From: a bacterium
GTDB lineage: Bacteria; UBA10199; 2-02-FULL-50-16; JAJFLM01
Assembly (NCBI GenBank): GCA_965216315.1
Contig: CBDCFN010000016.1
Location: 2,144,001-2,208,000 of the forward strand
Direction of reading: 5' to 3'
DNA: 64,000 bases
Part shown: positions 9,343-19,561 of the stretch, in pieces
Numbering within the stretch: the first letter of the stretch is position 1
Layout of the letters: every line of letters starts with the position of its first letter
The notes under the pieces: generated by a model
Seen by the model: the letters and a program-made list of their open reading frames with translations, nothing else
Database searches by the model: none
Told to the model about the DNA's origin: nothing
Position numbers and translations under genes: made by a program

Positions 9343-9963
9343 CTAATGAACCGTTATCGGCCGACCCGGAATCGCCGCCGCCGCGGGTTGCGACTTATTC
9401 TGCGCCGGCTTGATATTCTTGATCGGTTTGGTCGTCCGCCTGGTCAAAGACGCGGCACTTTGCTCCGCAGCCGCGGCCGCTCGCTTAATCGCGGCCCCCT
9501 GGATCGCTTCACGTTCGGCGACTTCCTGCGGCGTTGACTTGTTCTGCGTCACCGCCTTCACGGGTTTCGGCTTGGGCTGTGGCGCCGCTGCTGGCTTAGC
9601 CGCGGGAGCTACGGACTTTTTTTTAGCGGGCTTTTTAGTTTTGGCTGCAGCGGACGAATTACCCCCACGCATGTGTTTGCGCGCAATCGTATCGAGCTCT
9701 TTTTCCAAACGGGCCACGCGTCGCTCGAAACTCCGGAGCTGTTGACGCGTGGGAATGTTCATGATTTCCATCGTGCCCTTGAAACGCTCTGAAACCGCGC
9801 GCGATAACTCCGCCTTCGAACGAATCACATAGGTAATGGCATTGACAAAACGGGGACTGTTCGCCAAGTCGGCCACCAGTTTTGAATTAAGAATATCTTT
9901 GCTCAGCTCTTTACTTATTTTTTCTCCCCGTGCGAGGGCCTCTTCAAAAACTTTACGTAACAT
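9343..9963 (-). CDS. Phasin/PhaF-like coiled coil with Lys/Ala/Pro-rich (histone H1-like) tail
   Basis: MNIPTRQQLRSFERRVARLEKELD, then AAAKTKKPAKKK low complexity; GGAGG RBS. Family assignment is by motif feel only. Confidence 0.55.
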   Translation of the reverse strand: MLRKVFEEALARGEKISKELSKDILNSKLVADLANSPRFVNAITYVIRSKAELSRAVSERFKGTMEIMNIPTRQQLRSFERRVARLEKELDTIARKHMRGGNSSAAAKTKKPAKKKSVAPAAKPAAAPQPKPKPVKAVTQNKSTPQEVAEREAIQGAAIKRAAAAAEQSAASLTRRTTKPIKNIKPAQNKSQPAAAAIPGRPITVH

Positions 9964-10125
9964 CTTTTAATCCTCCAAAAAATTCATCACGCTCCAGGCA
10001 AAACACGCGGTCCTCACCTCGTGAAGGAGCACCTAAGTCATGGTAAGTTCAAACGTTTTTGACGCAGCCTGTCAAGTTCAAAGGCTTCGTGCCCCGCCAT
10101 TGACATTTGTCAGGTATCGACTAGG

Positions 10126-10917
10126 ATGCCGCCGATCATGGGTACACTAAAATCCACCTCTATAAGGCTTTTTACCCTCATCCCCGCGCTAGGCCTCGCG
10201 ACAACGGCCTGGGCCGAGGTAGAGACCAAGACCGCGTCATCGGGCAGCTACCTGTTTCGCCTCATCGGCGGCGCGGATCCGGTCGTCAAACTCGTCATGA
10301 TCATCCTCGTCGGCATGTCCGTCATGTGCTGGGGCATCATTGCCTTCAAATATAAGGAAATGAAGCGCTCGACCCTCGAATCGGAACGCTTTGCCGAACT
10401 CTTCTGGCGCAGTTCCAGCCTGGAGGAACTCGTCGTTAAGACCTCTCTGCCCCGCAACCCGCTCCAAACGATCTTTCGCAAGGGAATCGCGGATCTGCTC
10501 AAACAAAAGAAAGAGAAAAAGGCGGAAAAAAATACCTCTATGGAGCGCCTCCGGCAGCAGGTCGACCGCGCCACGGAAAACGAAATCGCCCATGCGGAGC
10601 GCTATATCCCTTTCCTCGCGACGACCGGCAGCTCAGCCCCCTACATCGGCCTCTTTGGCACCGTCTGGGGCATATTGGCCGCCTTCTGGGAGATCGGTAA
10701 GGCAGGAACCTCCAGTTTAGCCGTGGTCGGGCCCTATATCGCTGAGGCGTTAATCGCAACGGCGCTGGGATTAGCCGCTGCGATTCCCGCCGTAATGGCC
10801 TATAATTACTTTGTCACGCGGATCCGCACCTTTACGCGTGGGGTGGGCTCCTTCTCGGAAGACTTACTGGAGCGGATCTCACATGAATATTTCGCCAAAG
10901 CGAAGCAGCAGTCATAG
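10126..10917 (+). CDS. tolQ: TolQ (MotA/TolQ/ExbB family)
   Basis: FLATTGSSAPYIGLFGTVWGI, VGPYIAEALIATALGLAAAIPAVMAYN; first gene of tolQRAB. Confidence 0.95.
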   Translation: MPPIMGTLKSTSIRLFTLIPALGLATTAWAEVETKTASSGSYLFRLIGGADPVVKLVMIILVGMSVMCWGIIAFKYKEMKRSTLESERFAELFWRSSSLEELVVKTSLPRNPLQTIFRKGIADLLKQKKEKKAEKNTSMERLRQQVDRATENEIAHAERYIPFLATTGSSAPYIGLFGTVWGILAAFWEIGKAGTSSLAVVGPYIAEALIATALGLAAAIPAVMAYNYFVTRIRTFTRGVGSFSEDLLERISHEYFAKAKQQS

Positions 10918-10937
10918 TTGAAGACTTCGGGTAAACC

Positions 10938-11390
10938 ATGAAAGTCCTCGAAAACAAAAGCAATGGCAAAGGCGGGGCGTCCAGTCATCTCTCGGAGATC
11001 AATGTCGTCCCTTTAGTCGACGTGATCCTGGTCTTGTTGATCATCTTTATGGTCACGGCCCCCTTGCTCCAACAAGGCCTGGACGTCGATCTTCCCCAGG
11101 CCGAAGCCCCGGCAATTGAGCGCAGTGAGGCCGACGTTATCTTGACTATCAATAGCAAAGGACAGTTTTTTTTGATGGGCGATGACACGCCCTATACCTT
11201 GATGGACCTTGAGAAGAAACTGGAAGCCGCGTTCCGTCACCGTGAGAAAAAAGAAATCTTCCTTAAAGCCGATCAACAGATTCGTTACGGACTGGTGGCC
11301 CAAGCCATGGCCATCATGAAGAAAGCCGGCATCGAACGGATCGGTATGATTACCCAGTCTCCTGTCGGCGAGGATGACAGCGAAGGCTGA
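10938..11390 (+). CDS. tolR: TolR (ExbD/TolR family)
   Basis: SEINVVPLVDVILVLLIIFMVTAP, VDLP, LKAD..IRYG, AGIERIGMIT. Confidence 0.95.
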   Translation: MKVLENKSNGKGGASSHLSEINVVPLVDVILVLLIIFMVTAPLLQQGLDVDLPQAEAPAIERSEADVILTINSKGQFFLMGDDTPYTLMDLEKKLEAAFRHREKKEIFLKADQQIRYGLVAQAMAIMKKAGIERIGMITQSPVGEDDSEG

Positions 11391-11406
11391 GTTCGAATTG
11401 TAAGTC

Positions 11407-12225
11407 ATGCGTACTATTCGTGAGATGTCCCTGAAAAAATACCTAGGGCTATCCCTGCTCATTCACGCCGTGCTCGTCATCATTTTGATCGTCACGCCGG
11501 CACTCAATCCTTCGAGTAAGCCCTTTAAACGCGAAAAGATCGTCTGGGTCCGCATTCCCAAGGGACTTGATGACAAAATCGGCATCGGCGTTAAAAAAGC
11601 CAAGGGCATGCCGAAAACGACGATCGCTGAATCAAAAAAACCCATTACGGTCCCACCGCCCAGCAAGGACAAAAAGCAGCTGACGTTCAAAGACATTCCC
11701 AAAGAGGACCTTCCTCCGATGGGCCCGACCAAACCCGTCATCAAGAAGAAAAAACCACGTAAGAAGAAAAAACGCCGCGTCTTGTCGGCCACGGAGCGGG
11801 CCTTGGCGCGCATCTCCCGCAAGGTCAATACCAAGGTCCCTGAAGCGGCTCAAGTCCCCGACGAGTTGGAAGAAGGCGGGGTCCCTTTTGGGTCGGACAG
11901 CGGGCCGTTTGTCTCCCCCGATGACCCGATCTATGTCCTCTATCAGGCCAAGGTACGCCGCCGCATTATGGATGCCTGGGTGCTCCCGCTGAGTTTTTCG
12001 GGCGGGGAAATCCCTTACTCCTGTCAGATTACGGTAAAAATTAATAATATGGGCAAGGTCGTTCGTGCAGAGTTTGAACAGCGCTCCGGCAATGAGCCCT
12101 TTGACCAGTCCGCCTTCCGCGCCATTTATAAGGCCTCCCCCCTTGACATTCCGCCGGAAAAGCTCAAAAGGGAAGCGGTACAGGACGGCTTCTTAATCGA
12201 ATTTGATCCCGAAGTGAAAGGCTAA
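11407..12225 (+). CDS. tolA: TolA / TonB C-terminal domain protein
   Basis: TM with SLLIH, Lys/Pro-rich linker, C-terminal SGNEPFDQSAFRAI..ASPL; lies between tolR and tolB. Confidence 0.85.
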   Translation: MRTIREMSLKKYLGLSLLIHAVLVIILIVTPALNPSSKPFKREKIVWVRIPKGLDDKIGIGVKKAKGMPKTTIAESKKPITVPPPSKDKKQLTFKDIPKEDLPPMGPTKPVIKKKKPRKKKKRRVLSATERALARISRKVNTKVPEAAQVPDELEEGGVPFGSDSGPFVSPDDPIYVLYQAKVRRRIMDAWVLPLSFSGGEIPYSCQITVKINNMGKVVRAEFEQRSGNEPFDQSAFRAIYKASPLDIPPEKLKREAVQDGFLIEFDPEVKG

Positions 12226-12228
12226 TTA

Positions 12229-13530
12229 ATGAAACGCATTTTATTCTTACTTCCCATCCTGTTGGCCTACTCTGTCACGGCACATGCCCGCATCTACATC
12301 CGCATTGATGAAGTCGCCGAAAAGAAATTTCCGATCGCGATCACCAACCTCATCAACGACGGCGGCAAACGCGACAACAAAAACTGGTCACGCGAAATCC
12401 CCAAGATCCTGCAAAACGATCTGCGCATCTCGGGTCTCTTTGAATTTGTCGACCCGGAGATTTTTCCCGGCGAGGATTCAAACACATACAAGCCCGGTGA
12501 CGTGAAATTCCCGGCGTGGAACCTGCTTGGGATTCAGGGCCTCGTCAAAGGCGGTTTCACCTACGGAAGCGACGGCAAGGTCACGGCGTCGATCTATCTC
12601 TACGATCCTTCGCTGGGCCAAAAAATCGTCGCCCATGAGTACCGGGCCAACGCCGGTGAGTTCCGCAAGGTCGCGCACCATTTTGCCGACATGGTCATGG
12701 AAGCCCTCACCGGTTATCCCGGCATCTTTCGGACCCGCATTGCCTTTGTCTGCGGCAGCAAGAAGTCCGGTAAGGAAATCTGCAGCATGGGGGTCGACGG
12801 TAAAGAAGTCGCCAAGCACACCTCGGATCGCAACATCAATATCAGTCCCGAATTTTCCCCGGGCGGGGGCAAGATCGCTTACACCTCATTCACCGAGGAA
12901 GGGGATGCGGAAATCAAGGTGGTCAATGTCGGCTCGAAGTCGGTCCGGCAGATCACTAAAAAAGGCGGCATCAACCTCTCCCCAACCTGGACCCCGGGTG
13001 GCGGTCTTATCACCGCACTCGTCGGCGATAACGGCGACAACATCTACAACATCAGCATGAGCGGACGGCTCGTCAAGCGGCTAACCAATCATTGGAGTAT
13101 CGACATCGCCCCGTCATGGAGCCCGGGCGGCGACGCCTTTACCTTTTCTTCGGAACGGGCCGGCGGCCTGCACGTCTTCCGTGCCAATGCCGGCGGCGGC
13201 GGCGTGCAACGTTTGACCTTTGTCGGCTACCAGAATGATAACCCCGCCTGGTCGCCGGACGGTCAACGCATCATGTTTCAGGGACGTGACCAGGGAACCT
13301 GGGATCTCTTCATCATGAACCCGGACGGTTCGATGTTGCAGCGGCTCACCGCCGGCGCCGGCACCAATCAAGAACCGACCTGGGCCCCGAACAGCCAATA
13401 CATTGGTTTTGCCTCGAGCCGCGGCGGCGGCATGAGCATCTACATCATGAATGCGATGGGTGAGAACGTCACCAAGGTCGGCGGCGGAGTCATGCCGTCA
13501 TGGGGTCCGTTACCGAAGAAATCCCTATAA
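12229..13530 (+). CDS. tolB: TolB beta-propeller protein
   Basis: Signal peptide, TolB_N, AHHFAD...LTGYPGIFRTRIAF, PD40 repeats (PSWSPGG, PAWSPDG, PTWAPN). Confidence 0.96.
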   Translation: MKRILFLLPILLAYSVTAHARIYIRIDEVAEKKFPIAITNLINDGGKRDNKNWSREIPKILQNDLRISGLFEFVDPEIFPGEDSNTYKPGDVKFPAWNLLGIQGLVKGGFTYGSDGKVTASIYLYDPSLGQKIVAHEYRANAGEFRKVAHHFADMVMEALTGYPGIFRTRIAFVCGSKKSGKEICSMGVDGKEVAKHTSDRNINISPEFSPGGGKIAYTSFTEEGDAEIKVVNVGSKSVRQITKKGGINLSPTWTPGGGLITALVGDNGDNIYNISMSGRLVKRLTNHWSIDIAPSWSPGGDAFTFSSERAGGLHVFRANAGGGGVQRLTFVGYQNDNPAWSPDGQRIMFQGRDQGTWDLFIMNPDGSMLQRLTAGAGTNQEPTWAPNSQYIGFASSRGGGMSIYIMNAMGENVTKVGGGVMPSWGPLPKKSL

Positions 13531-15171
13531 CGCTAAGGCCTGCTCTAGATACTGCAAATTAATGCGCTCCGTCACGAGGCGCCTACGCTCCTGCTCCTGT
13601 TGACCTGTGAGTGTCTTGTCGACGAACACGAAATGATCCGGCCTGGTCTCGACCAACAATCCGTTATCACGCGCCCACTGCTCCATTTCCTGGTCCTTCT
13701 CAACAGCGAGGTAGAACAGGCGCATCCGCAAGTGATCACGCAGCTTCGTTTGGTCCTGGATTAACCCATCGACGTCAATCAAGGCGCTCAGACGATCCGC
13801 ATCAGACACGAACGGACCGGTATAGTTGCGCACCAAATCATACCCGGCTTCAATTCCCTTCCGGGCCCCGTCATTATGGTAGATCTCCGTAAGCTCTCTT
13901 TGCACTCCCGTCCAATCGATTCGCCATTTTTTATTCGCCAAATGGGTATGCCGGAGGAGAACGCTGAACACGGAGGCTTCGAGGCTCTCGCCAAACGTCT
14001 CGGAGTCCCCGATCAATTTATGAAGTATCTTAAAGATCTCTGCCTTGTAGGCTTGTTTGAAATCGCTATCGAACCAACCGGCGACCGTGTCTCCGAAGGT
14101 CGCGAACGTACCGAAGGCGCCGGCAATGAAGTCACCCCGTTCCTGGACGTTATAAATATCCTGACAGAGACGGATCACGTCAAAAAAGCGTTCGTCACTG
14201 TCACCCGTGAGCGCGTGACCAATCAGATCGGCCACCCCGCGGGCCCCCAGGTCAACGATACCGGCCCAGCCGACCAAGCGGGCCGTCCCGACAGCCAGTC
14301 GGGCGACGGCGGCCTTGGGACCCAAACCGCCGAGTTGGAACCCTTTGATGACGGACGTGGTTTCGAGAGCCTCGGCCAGGACCGGAACCTGAGTCGCCAA
14401 GGCGTAGGGAATCCCGGCCAACACGAGTCCTCCGAACATCGTCGCAGTTTCATCCGCCTCGACGCCGAGAAAATCGAGCAGGCCGTGCGCCAAATATTGG
14501 AAACCCATAAAGGTGGGAACCTGCCCGAGCGCTTGCAACGGGCTCTTCTGCACCAGTCCCGCCTTATACAGCCCCTGGTGAATCAACATAACGCTCGTAA
14601 ACAGGACCGGACTGCGGGCCTCTTCGGGCAAGACTCCCGCCTCAATCAGGCTTCCTATCAACCCTTGATCGAGGGCGACGACCACTGCGGCTCCCCCGAA
14701 AAGCGAGACGGTCAGCCCGAAGGTACCCGGCGTATTGGGTCCGTTCGGGCCACCCGTCGCGGCGCGCAGCGCGGAGGGAGCCGAACCGGCGCGCGACAGA
14801 GTCAATTGCATCGTCAGCTCGCCGTTGCTCATCACCATCTGACTCAGCCGGAACGAAATCGGCAAACGCCCTTCAACCGCCACCGCATAAAAGGGCTGTA
14901 AATAAGACTGCAGCGCCGGAGACAACTGTTTAAAGTGCCGTGTCAGCTCAAGATCTTGCTCAAAAGGCAAATCAAGCGAAAGCGGTTGTGGTGCGAGTAG
15001 CTTGGTCACGCCATTTTGAATGGGCACAGGTGACGCGATGGCTGTAGCGCCCGGCTCCGGTGCCAGCGCATCGACGACACACTGTAAAACATTGGCTTGC
15101 TCCTGACAAAGTGTCAGCGCTTGGCCGACGCGCGCCAAGCCGGTACTCGTCATTACCGTAACGAAACTCAT
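13525..15171 (-). CDS. Array gene 1: family A hydrophobic multi-helix protein (548 aa)
   Basis: LPISFR, GVLPEEARSP, PTFMGFQ, GWAGIVDLGARG, IRLCQDIYN, WRIDW, YTG, LTGQQ shared with 17715 and 29814; GGAGG RBS. Confidence 0.88.
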   Translation of the reverse strand: MSFVTVMTSTGLARVGQALTLCQEQANVLQCVVDALAPEPGATAIASPVPIQNGVTKLLAPQPLSLDLPFEQDLELTRHFKQLSPALQSYLQPFYAVAVEGRLPISFRLSQMVMSNGELTMQLTLSRAGSAPSALRAATGGPNGPNTPGTFGLTVSLFGGAAVVVALDQGLIGSLIEAGVLPEEARSPVLFTSVMLIHQGLYKAGLVQKSPLQALGQVPTFMGFQYLAHGLLDFLGVEADETATMFGGLVLAGIPYALATQVPVLAEALETTSVIKGFQLGGLGPKAAVARLAVGTARLVGWAGIVDLGARGVADLIGHALTGDSDERFFDVIRLCQDIYNVQERGDFIAGAFGTFATFGDTVAGWFDSDFKQAYKAEIFKILHKLIGDSETFGESLEASVFSVLLRHTHLANKKWRIDWTGVQRELTEIYHNDGARKGIEAGYDLVRNYTGPFVSDADRLSALIDVDGLIQDQTKLRDHLRMRLFYLAVEKDQEMEQWARDNGLLVETRPDHFVFVDKTLTGQQEQERRRLVTERINLQYLEQALAL

Positions 15172-15180
15172 GCTACCTCC

Positions 15181-17580
15181 TTAAATCATGAGCGAACGAT
15201 AGAAAGATTTCCGCTCCGGGTTCTCCGGATCAAGACTCTGCTCGAGCTGATGCCAGGATTCGATTTCCTGCTTGAGCTGAATCAGCTCTGATTTTGTCCC
15301 GTCACCAAAGACAAATTTACGCTGCTCTGTACTCAATTGATGATCCGGAATTTGCTTGGAGTAGTATTGCCCATTCGAAATATACCCCAATCCGACATCA
15401 TGGGCACGCTGTGCGACCTGCCGCTGCAGGCCTTGACGGATTCGTCCGACCAACTGCTGCAAGCGACCTGATTTCTCGGCACGCTGAATCAGGTCATGCA
15501 AGTAAGACTGCATTTCCCCGGGCATCCAGTCTCCACGCACTGGTTGCCCCGTGCGGAAGTCATAGGCCTGGCGATAACGACCAAAAGATCCGTCGGAATT
15601 TATCGTTTTGAGTAAACGAATCGCGCCGCGCACCGCGCGCTCGCGCGTCGTCCCGGTAAAAAGTTCGGCCAATTGCGGCAGTGAATGTTTAAGTGCCTTT
15701 CGGTATTCTTTTCGTTTGCTCTCGGTAAGCTCGGGATAGGCCTCACCACTATAGACGTCTTTGAGGCGCGCTTTGAGTGCCGTCCAGTTCACCTCCGCCG
15801 TCCATTTCCCGTAAAACGGATCTTTCGGCAACGACCGGCGCGTCTTGATCACGGTGATCAAGATTTCATCCTCGACGTTTTTCGCAAAGCGCTCGAGATT
15901 GGTCTGCCAATCGATCATCCGGGTCTTGATACCGCGCCAGATTTCTCGGTCGACGTCATCATCGACTGCCGAGCTCAGCGATTGCATGCCTCGCGCGATC
16001 GCCCCACCGAAGAAGTAGCCGACACTCCCCATATGTTCACGGAGTATCGTATCGTAGGCCGAGCGCATCAGTTTATAATCGGGATCGTCATCATAACCGG
16101 TCGCCGCCATGACACCGCTGACCGCCAACTCTCCGGCCCAGTTGCCGAGGCCGATGACGTTGACGGCATTGAAGGCCTGCACGCCGAGTGCGAGTCCCTT
16201 GGTCGCCGCCGAGGCCCCGGCCGGGATCCCGCTGGAGAGAAAAATGCGTCCCCCCCAAATACTGAAGAGAGGTCGTCCGCCGACCATGATCGGCCGCAGG
16301 GCCGCCAGGCCCGCGCCGGGCAAGCCTTGCGGCTGGACATAACGGGGAACAAGCGGGCTACGCCAAAGTTTGGCACCTGCACCCAGTTTTTGACTAAAGG
16401 CCGCCGTCTCATAAGCCAAGCGCAAGGGAGCGAGTTGCGAGGCGTAATGCGCCACGGCCATATAACCGCCCATCGTAATCCCGACACTCCCGATACTATT
16501 TTCAGGGCTCCCAAATTCCCAACCAAGACCATCCAAAAGAAAACCGGTGCCGACACTCGCGCCGAACATCATCGGCATACTGAGCCCGAGTGGATTCCAC
16601 TGGGGCCGGCCCATAAAACCGCGGCTCAGCAGACCATCGGCGACCAAGGACTCGCTGATCTGCCCCATCATTTCGTAGCTGGCGAGCATACCGCCCATCA
16701 CAAAGACCGGACGGATAGCGGGATCGAGATCCTGAAAGACCCCGAACTCAAAGGCAACGTAAATTCCGGTCGCCATCCCGACATGAAAACCGAGCCGTGC
16801 GACCGGACGAATCACGCGTTGTACCAGCGGATTTTTCAGGAAGCGTGATGCCGTAAAGAGCCCACCCAACAAAGGCGCCCCGGCTGTCAGCAGATCCTGA
16901 TCATCACCACCACGATTTGACTCCTGAGCCAACAGCAAACCTTCCTCAATGAGGATACCGGTCCGCACAATGCCCCGACTAAAAGGCTGTTCTGCAAGTT
17001 GAAAATCCGGCGCATAATTCGGTTGGTGTCCGGGCACATGCAAAATGACTTCATGACCATCGAGCCGGCGCTGCAACTGCCCTGCAATACGCGCGATGTC
17101 CTGGTCTGCATCGATCGGTACAAAACGGATCTGCGGCTTAAAAACGACCTCACGCCCTTCGAGCTCGGAGACCCATTCGACATAAAAGGCGGCTTGATCG
17201 GGACGGCGTGACTCCGTCTTCAAGACTTCATGGGCCATCGCGCGAAACAGCCTGGGCAGCTGATCTCGTTGTTCGGACAAGAGGTAGACGCGACCCGGCT
17301 CAATGCCCTCGAGAAAATACTCGATCTCCCCCTCGATCGCTTGCCGCTGCTGAAACCGCGCCTGCTCCTTTAAAGCCGAAACATCGCGTTCCAACCAGGG
17401 CTGTCGGGGGTCGGGTGTACTGACATAGCTATCCGAATAAAGAAGACCCTGGCTTTCGGCCATGGCCTGAGAAAAACCCGCCGCTTCATAACAGTGTCCG
17501 GCTACGGCGGTCGGTGCCGCCAGGGGGGTCACCCCGACGACGGCACAGTGCTGACTCACAAGGTTCGCAACGCAATTCAT
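15181..17580 (-). CDS. Array gene 2: family A protein (799 aa)
   Basis: MPMMFG..G..FGSPENSIGSVG, PDYKLMRSAYD, EVNW, LSTEQRKFVFGDG align to 22855 and 26903. Confidence 0.88.
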   Translation of the reverse strand: MNCVANLVSQHCAVVGVTPLAAPTAVAGHCYEAAGFSQAMAESQGLLYSDSYVSTPDPRQPWLERDVSALKEQARFQQRQAIEGEIEYFLEGIEPGRVYLLSEQRDQLPRLFRAMAHEVLKTESRRPDQAAFYVEWVSELEGREVVFKPQIRFVPIDADQDIARIAGQLQRRLDGHEVILHVPGHQPNYAPDFQLAEQPFSRGIVRTGILIEEGLLLAQESNRGGDDQDLLTAGAPLLGGLFTASRFLKNPLVQRVIRPVARLGFHVGMATGIYVAFEFGVFQDLDPAIRPVFVMGGMLASYEMMGQISESLVADGLLSRGFMGRPQWNPLGLSMPMMFGASVGTGFLLDGLGWEFGSPENSIGSVGITMGGYMAVAHYASQLAPLRLAYETAAFSQKLGAGAKLWRSPLVPRYVQPQGLPGAGLAALRPIMVGGRPLFSIWGGRIFLSSGIPAGASAATKGLALGVQAFNAVNVIGLGNWAGELAVSGVMAATGYDDDPDYKLMRSAYDTILREHMGSVGYFFGGAIARGMQSLSSAVDDDVDREIWRGIKTRMIDWQTNLERFAKNVEDEILITVIKTRRSLPKDPFYGKWTAEVNWTALKARLKDVYSGEAYPELTESKRKEYRKALKHSLPQLAELFTGTTRERAVRGAIRLLKTINSDGSFGRYRQAYDFRTGQPVRGDWMPGEMQSYLHDLIQRAEKSGRLQQLVGRIRQGLQRQVAQRAHDVGLGYISNGQYYSKQIPDHQLSTEQRKFVFGDGTKSELIQLKQEIESWHQLEQSLDPENPERKSFYRSLMI

Positions 17581-17604
17581 GTCCCCAATTACTCCTCATG
17601 GAGG

Positions 17605-17631
17605 TTATCGGCGGAAATGCGGAAAAGTTCA
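17605..17631 (-). promoter_or_regulatory. Array promoter motif (sigma28-like)
   Basis: TGAACTT-ttccgcatttcc-GCCGATAA. Confidence 0.8.
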
Positions 17632-17678
17632 CAAAAAGTTAAATGATTTCAAATATTTAGTATTCAGTTGAATACAAG

Positions 17679-17727
17679 AAATCCCCTCGGATCCCTCCCT
17701 TTGAGAAAGGGAGGCTAGGAGGGATTT
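17679..17727. repeat. REP-like palindromic element overlapping the stop of gene 3
   Basis: cctccctttgagaaagggagg core hairpin with outer aaatccc/gggattt arms. Confidence 0.7.
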
Positions 17728-19400
17728 TTTAAAGCCAGTCTGAAACTCCGTAACTGCAAGAGCCGGACGGTGAGTCGCGCGCCTTCATTTTTCATGAAGG
17801 CGCGCTGCTCGGAGTTGAGATGGGACGGATGGATAAACTGATAACCGCCAGCGGGATTATCTTGGACGAGGCCCAAGGAACGTCCTTTATGTTCGAGTCG
17901 ACGCCGGACGCGCAAAAACTCGATCCGGGCATGGCGAGACATGAATCGTTTAAACGCCTTCATGTTACTAATCGTCCCTTTCGGGCTGATCATTTTAGTG
18001 ATATCATCGGCATCGCTGGCGTCGGGATGAAAGCCGGTATATTCCTTCACGAGTTCATACGCGCGTTTGATGTTTTTCTTGTTTTTGTCGTCTTGATAAA
18101 ATTCGCGCACCGAACGACGCACACCCTTCCAATCGATGGCCCATACGCCATTTTCGTTGCGCGTATTCTTCATGACAAGCGCGGTTAAATTCTGCCGCAT
18201 CGAGTCGCCAAACTGTTGGGACGCTTTGGTGAGTTTGTTTTGGATGCGGTCGAGATTCGCGTCGTAGTTCTTTTCGTAAGAACTGGAGACAGCCGATGCA
18301 ACCGTATCAATAGCGGTAATGAACATGCCGAAGGCGCTCGCCAAGAAACGACCGCCGTGCATCTCACTCCCCCGCTCCTGCAAATAGATCTGTTGACTCA
18401 AGCGGATCAGATCCCACTGGCGCCGTTCATCTCCTTTGAAAGCCAAACGACTGACGGCCCACAGCGCCCCGCGCGCCCCGAGATCAATCAAGCCAATCCA
18501 ACCGAGGGCCCGGGTCAAAACCGCGCCAACACGTAAGACCGCCGCCCCGCGCGAGGCTTGCAAGGCCGCCGAGGATTTAATTCCGAGGGCATGCGCCATC
18601 GTCGGCGAGACGGCGGCCAAGGCATAGGGCATCGAAGCCAGCGTCAGGCCGGCAAACTGGGTCACGGGAGAATTCAAATCCATGCCAGCCTTTTCCAACA
18701 GAAAATAAGACAACAACTGAAAGCCGTAGAAGGTCGGCATGTGCGCGAGCATCGCGCGCGGTCCCGTCGCGAAGACACCCAACTGATGCAATGCCATCGA
18801 CGCGAGATACACGCTGCCGAAAAGGGCCGGGATGCGCGCCTCTTCAGGGAGGAGGCCGTTGTCAATGAGGGACTTCAGTACAAAATGGTCATAGGCAACG
18901 ATAATACCCGCCGCCCCAACCATCCCGATGGTCAGACTCATCGGACTCGGGGGTCGAATCCCGGATGAGGCACCTGAAGGTCCCCCACCTGCGCTCCCCG
19001 GCCCACATTCAAGCGGTGTACTCTTAAAGAAATGAAAACGCGGCACCGTCACCCCTTCGGCCGTCACGGCCTGGGTCACCCGAAACGAGATCGGCAATTT
19101 TTGCGTAACGGCGAGTTGATAAAGACCGTGCAGATGGGGGCGTACTGAGGGCGGCAACTTCTTATAAAAATGCGTCAGGGAAAGGTCTTGATTCAGCGGC
19201 ACGGGCGTTGCCCCGCCGACGTACCAAAGCTCATTGGCAAAGAGTGAGATGGGATTGCGACGAAGAGGCGCGGCCGCCGGCGTATCGACTGAATTATAAT
19301 GATCAAGTCCGGGCGTACCGCCGCCGCAAGTCATCGACTCCCATTTGATTGTCGCTGCCGCGGCAGCGGACACACCGGACACCATACACACCGCACCCAT
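17715..19400 (-). CDS. Array gene 3: family A protein (561 aa, Lys-rich)
   Basis: Start set at MGAVCM (GGAGG RBS); SFRVTQAVTAEGVTVP, LPEEARIP, MPTFYGFQ, WAIDW, EYTG, LNSEQRAF. Confidence 0.9.
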   Translation of the reverse strand: MGAVCMVSGVSAAAAATIKWESMTCGGGTPGLDHYNSVDTPAAAPLRRNPISLFANELWYVGGATPVPLNQDLSLTHFYKKLPPSVRPHLHGLYQLAVTQKLPISFRVTQAVTAEGVTVPRFHFFKSTPLECGPGSAGGGPSGASSGIRPPSPMSLTIGMVGAAGIIVAYDHFVLKSLIDNGLLPEEARIPALFGSVYLASMALHQLGVFATGPRAMLAHMPTFYGFQLLSYFLLEKAGMDLNSPVTQFAGLTLASMPYALAAVSPTMAHALGIKSSAALQASRGAAVLRVGAVLTRALGWIGLIDLGARGALWAVSRLAFKGDERRQWDLIRLSQQIYLQERGSEMHGGRFLASAFGMFITAIDTVASAVSSSYEKNYDANLDRIQNKLTKASQQFGDSMRQNLTALVMKNTRNENGVWAIDWKGVRRSVREFYQDDKNKKNIKRAYELVKEYTGFHPDASDADDITKMISPKGTISNMKAFKRFMSRHARIEFLRVRRRLEHKGRSLGLVQDNPAGGYQFIHPSHLNSEQRAFMKNEGARLTVRLLQLRSFRLALKNPS

Positions 19401-19443
19401 GAGCACCTCCATTTGTTTCGCACCTAATGGGCTGACTATTTAG

Positions 19444-19470
19444 TTATCGGCGGAAAATCGCGGAAGTTCT
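19444..19470 (-). promoter_or_regulatory. Array promoter motif (sigma28-like)
   Basis: AGAACTT-ccgcgattttcc-GCCGATAA. Confidence 0.8.
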
Positions 19471-19561
19471 CGAAGATTCGCAAAGCGATGCGCATTTCGT
19501 GGACAAATGAACACACTCTAGAAGGGAGCCAAGGGAAACCTGCGAAAATTGTCGTATGGAC

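Noticed and set aside
13876..16848. Long plus-strand ORFs opposite array genes (13876..14901, 15685..16848 and similar)
   Set aside because: Typical antisense ORFs of GC-rich coding DNA with no motifs or RBS; the minus-strand frames show paralog conservation.
14600..18860. LPEEAR in family A as the same motif as LPAEARLS of family C
   Set aside because: Other family A members read IPDGAR, LPEPYQ or VASELR at this loop between hydrophobic helices; the context differs, so likely coincidence.
17605..19470. GAACTT as a sigmaE/ECF promoter
   Set aside because: No TCTGA/TCAAA-type -10 at ECF spacing; both sites fit the array motif with GCCGATAA at the fixed 12-nt spacer.
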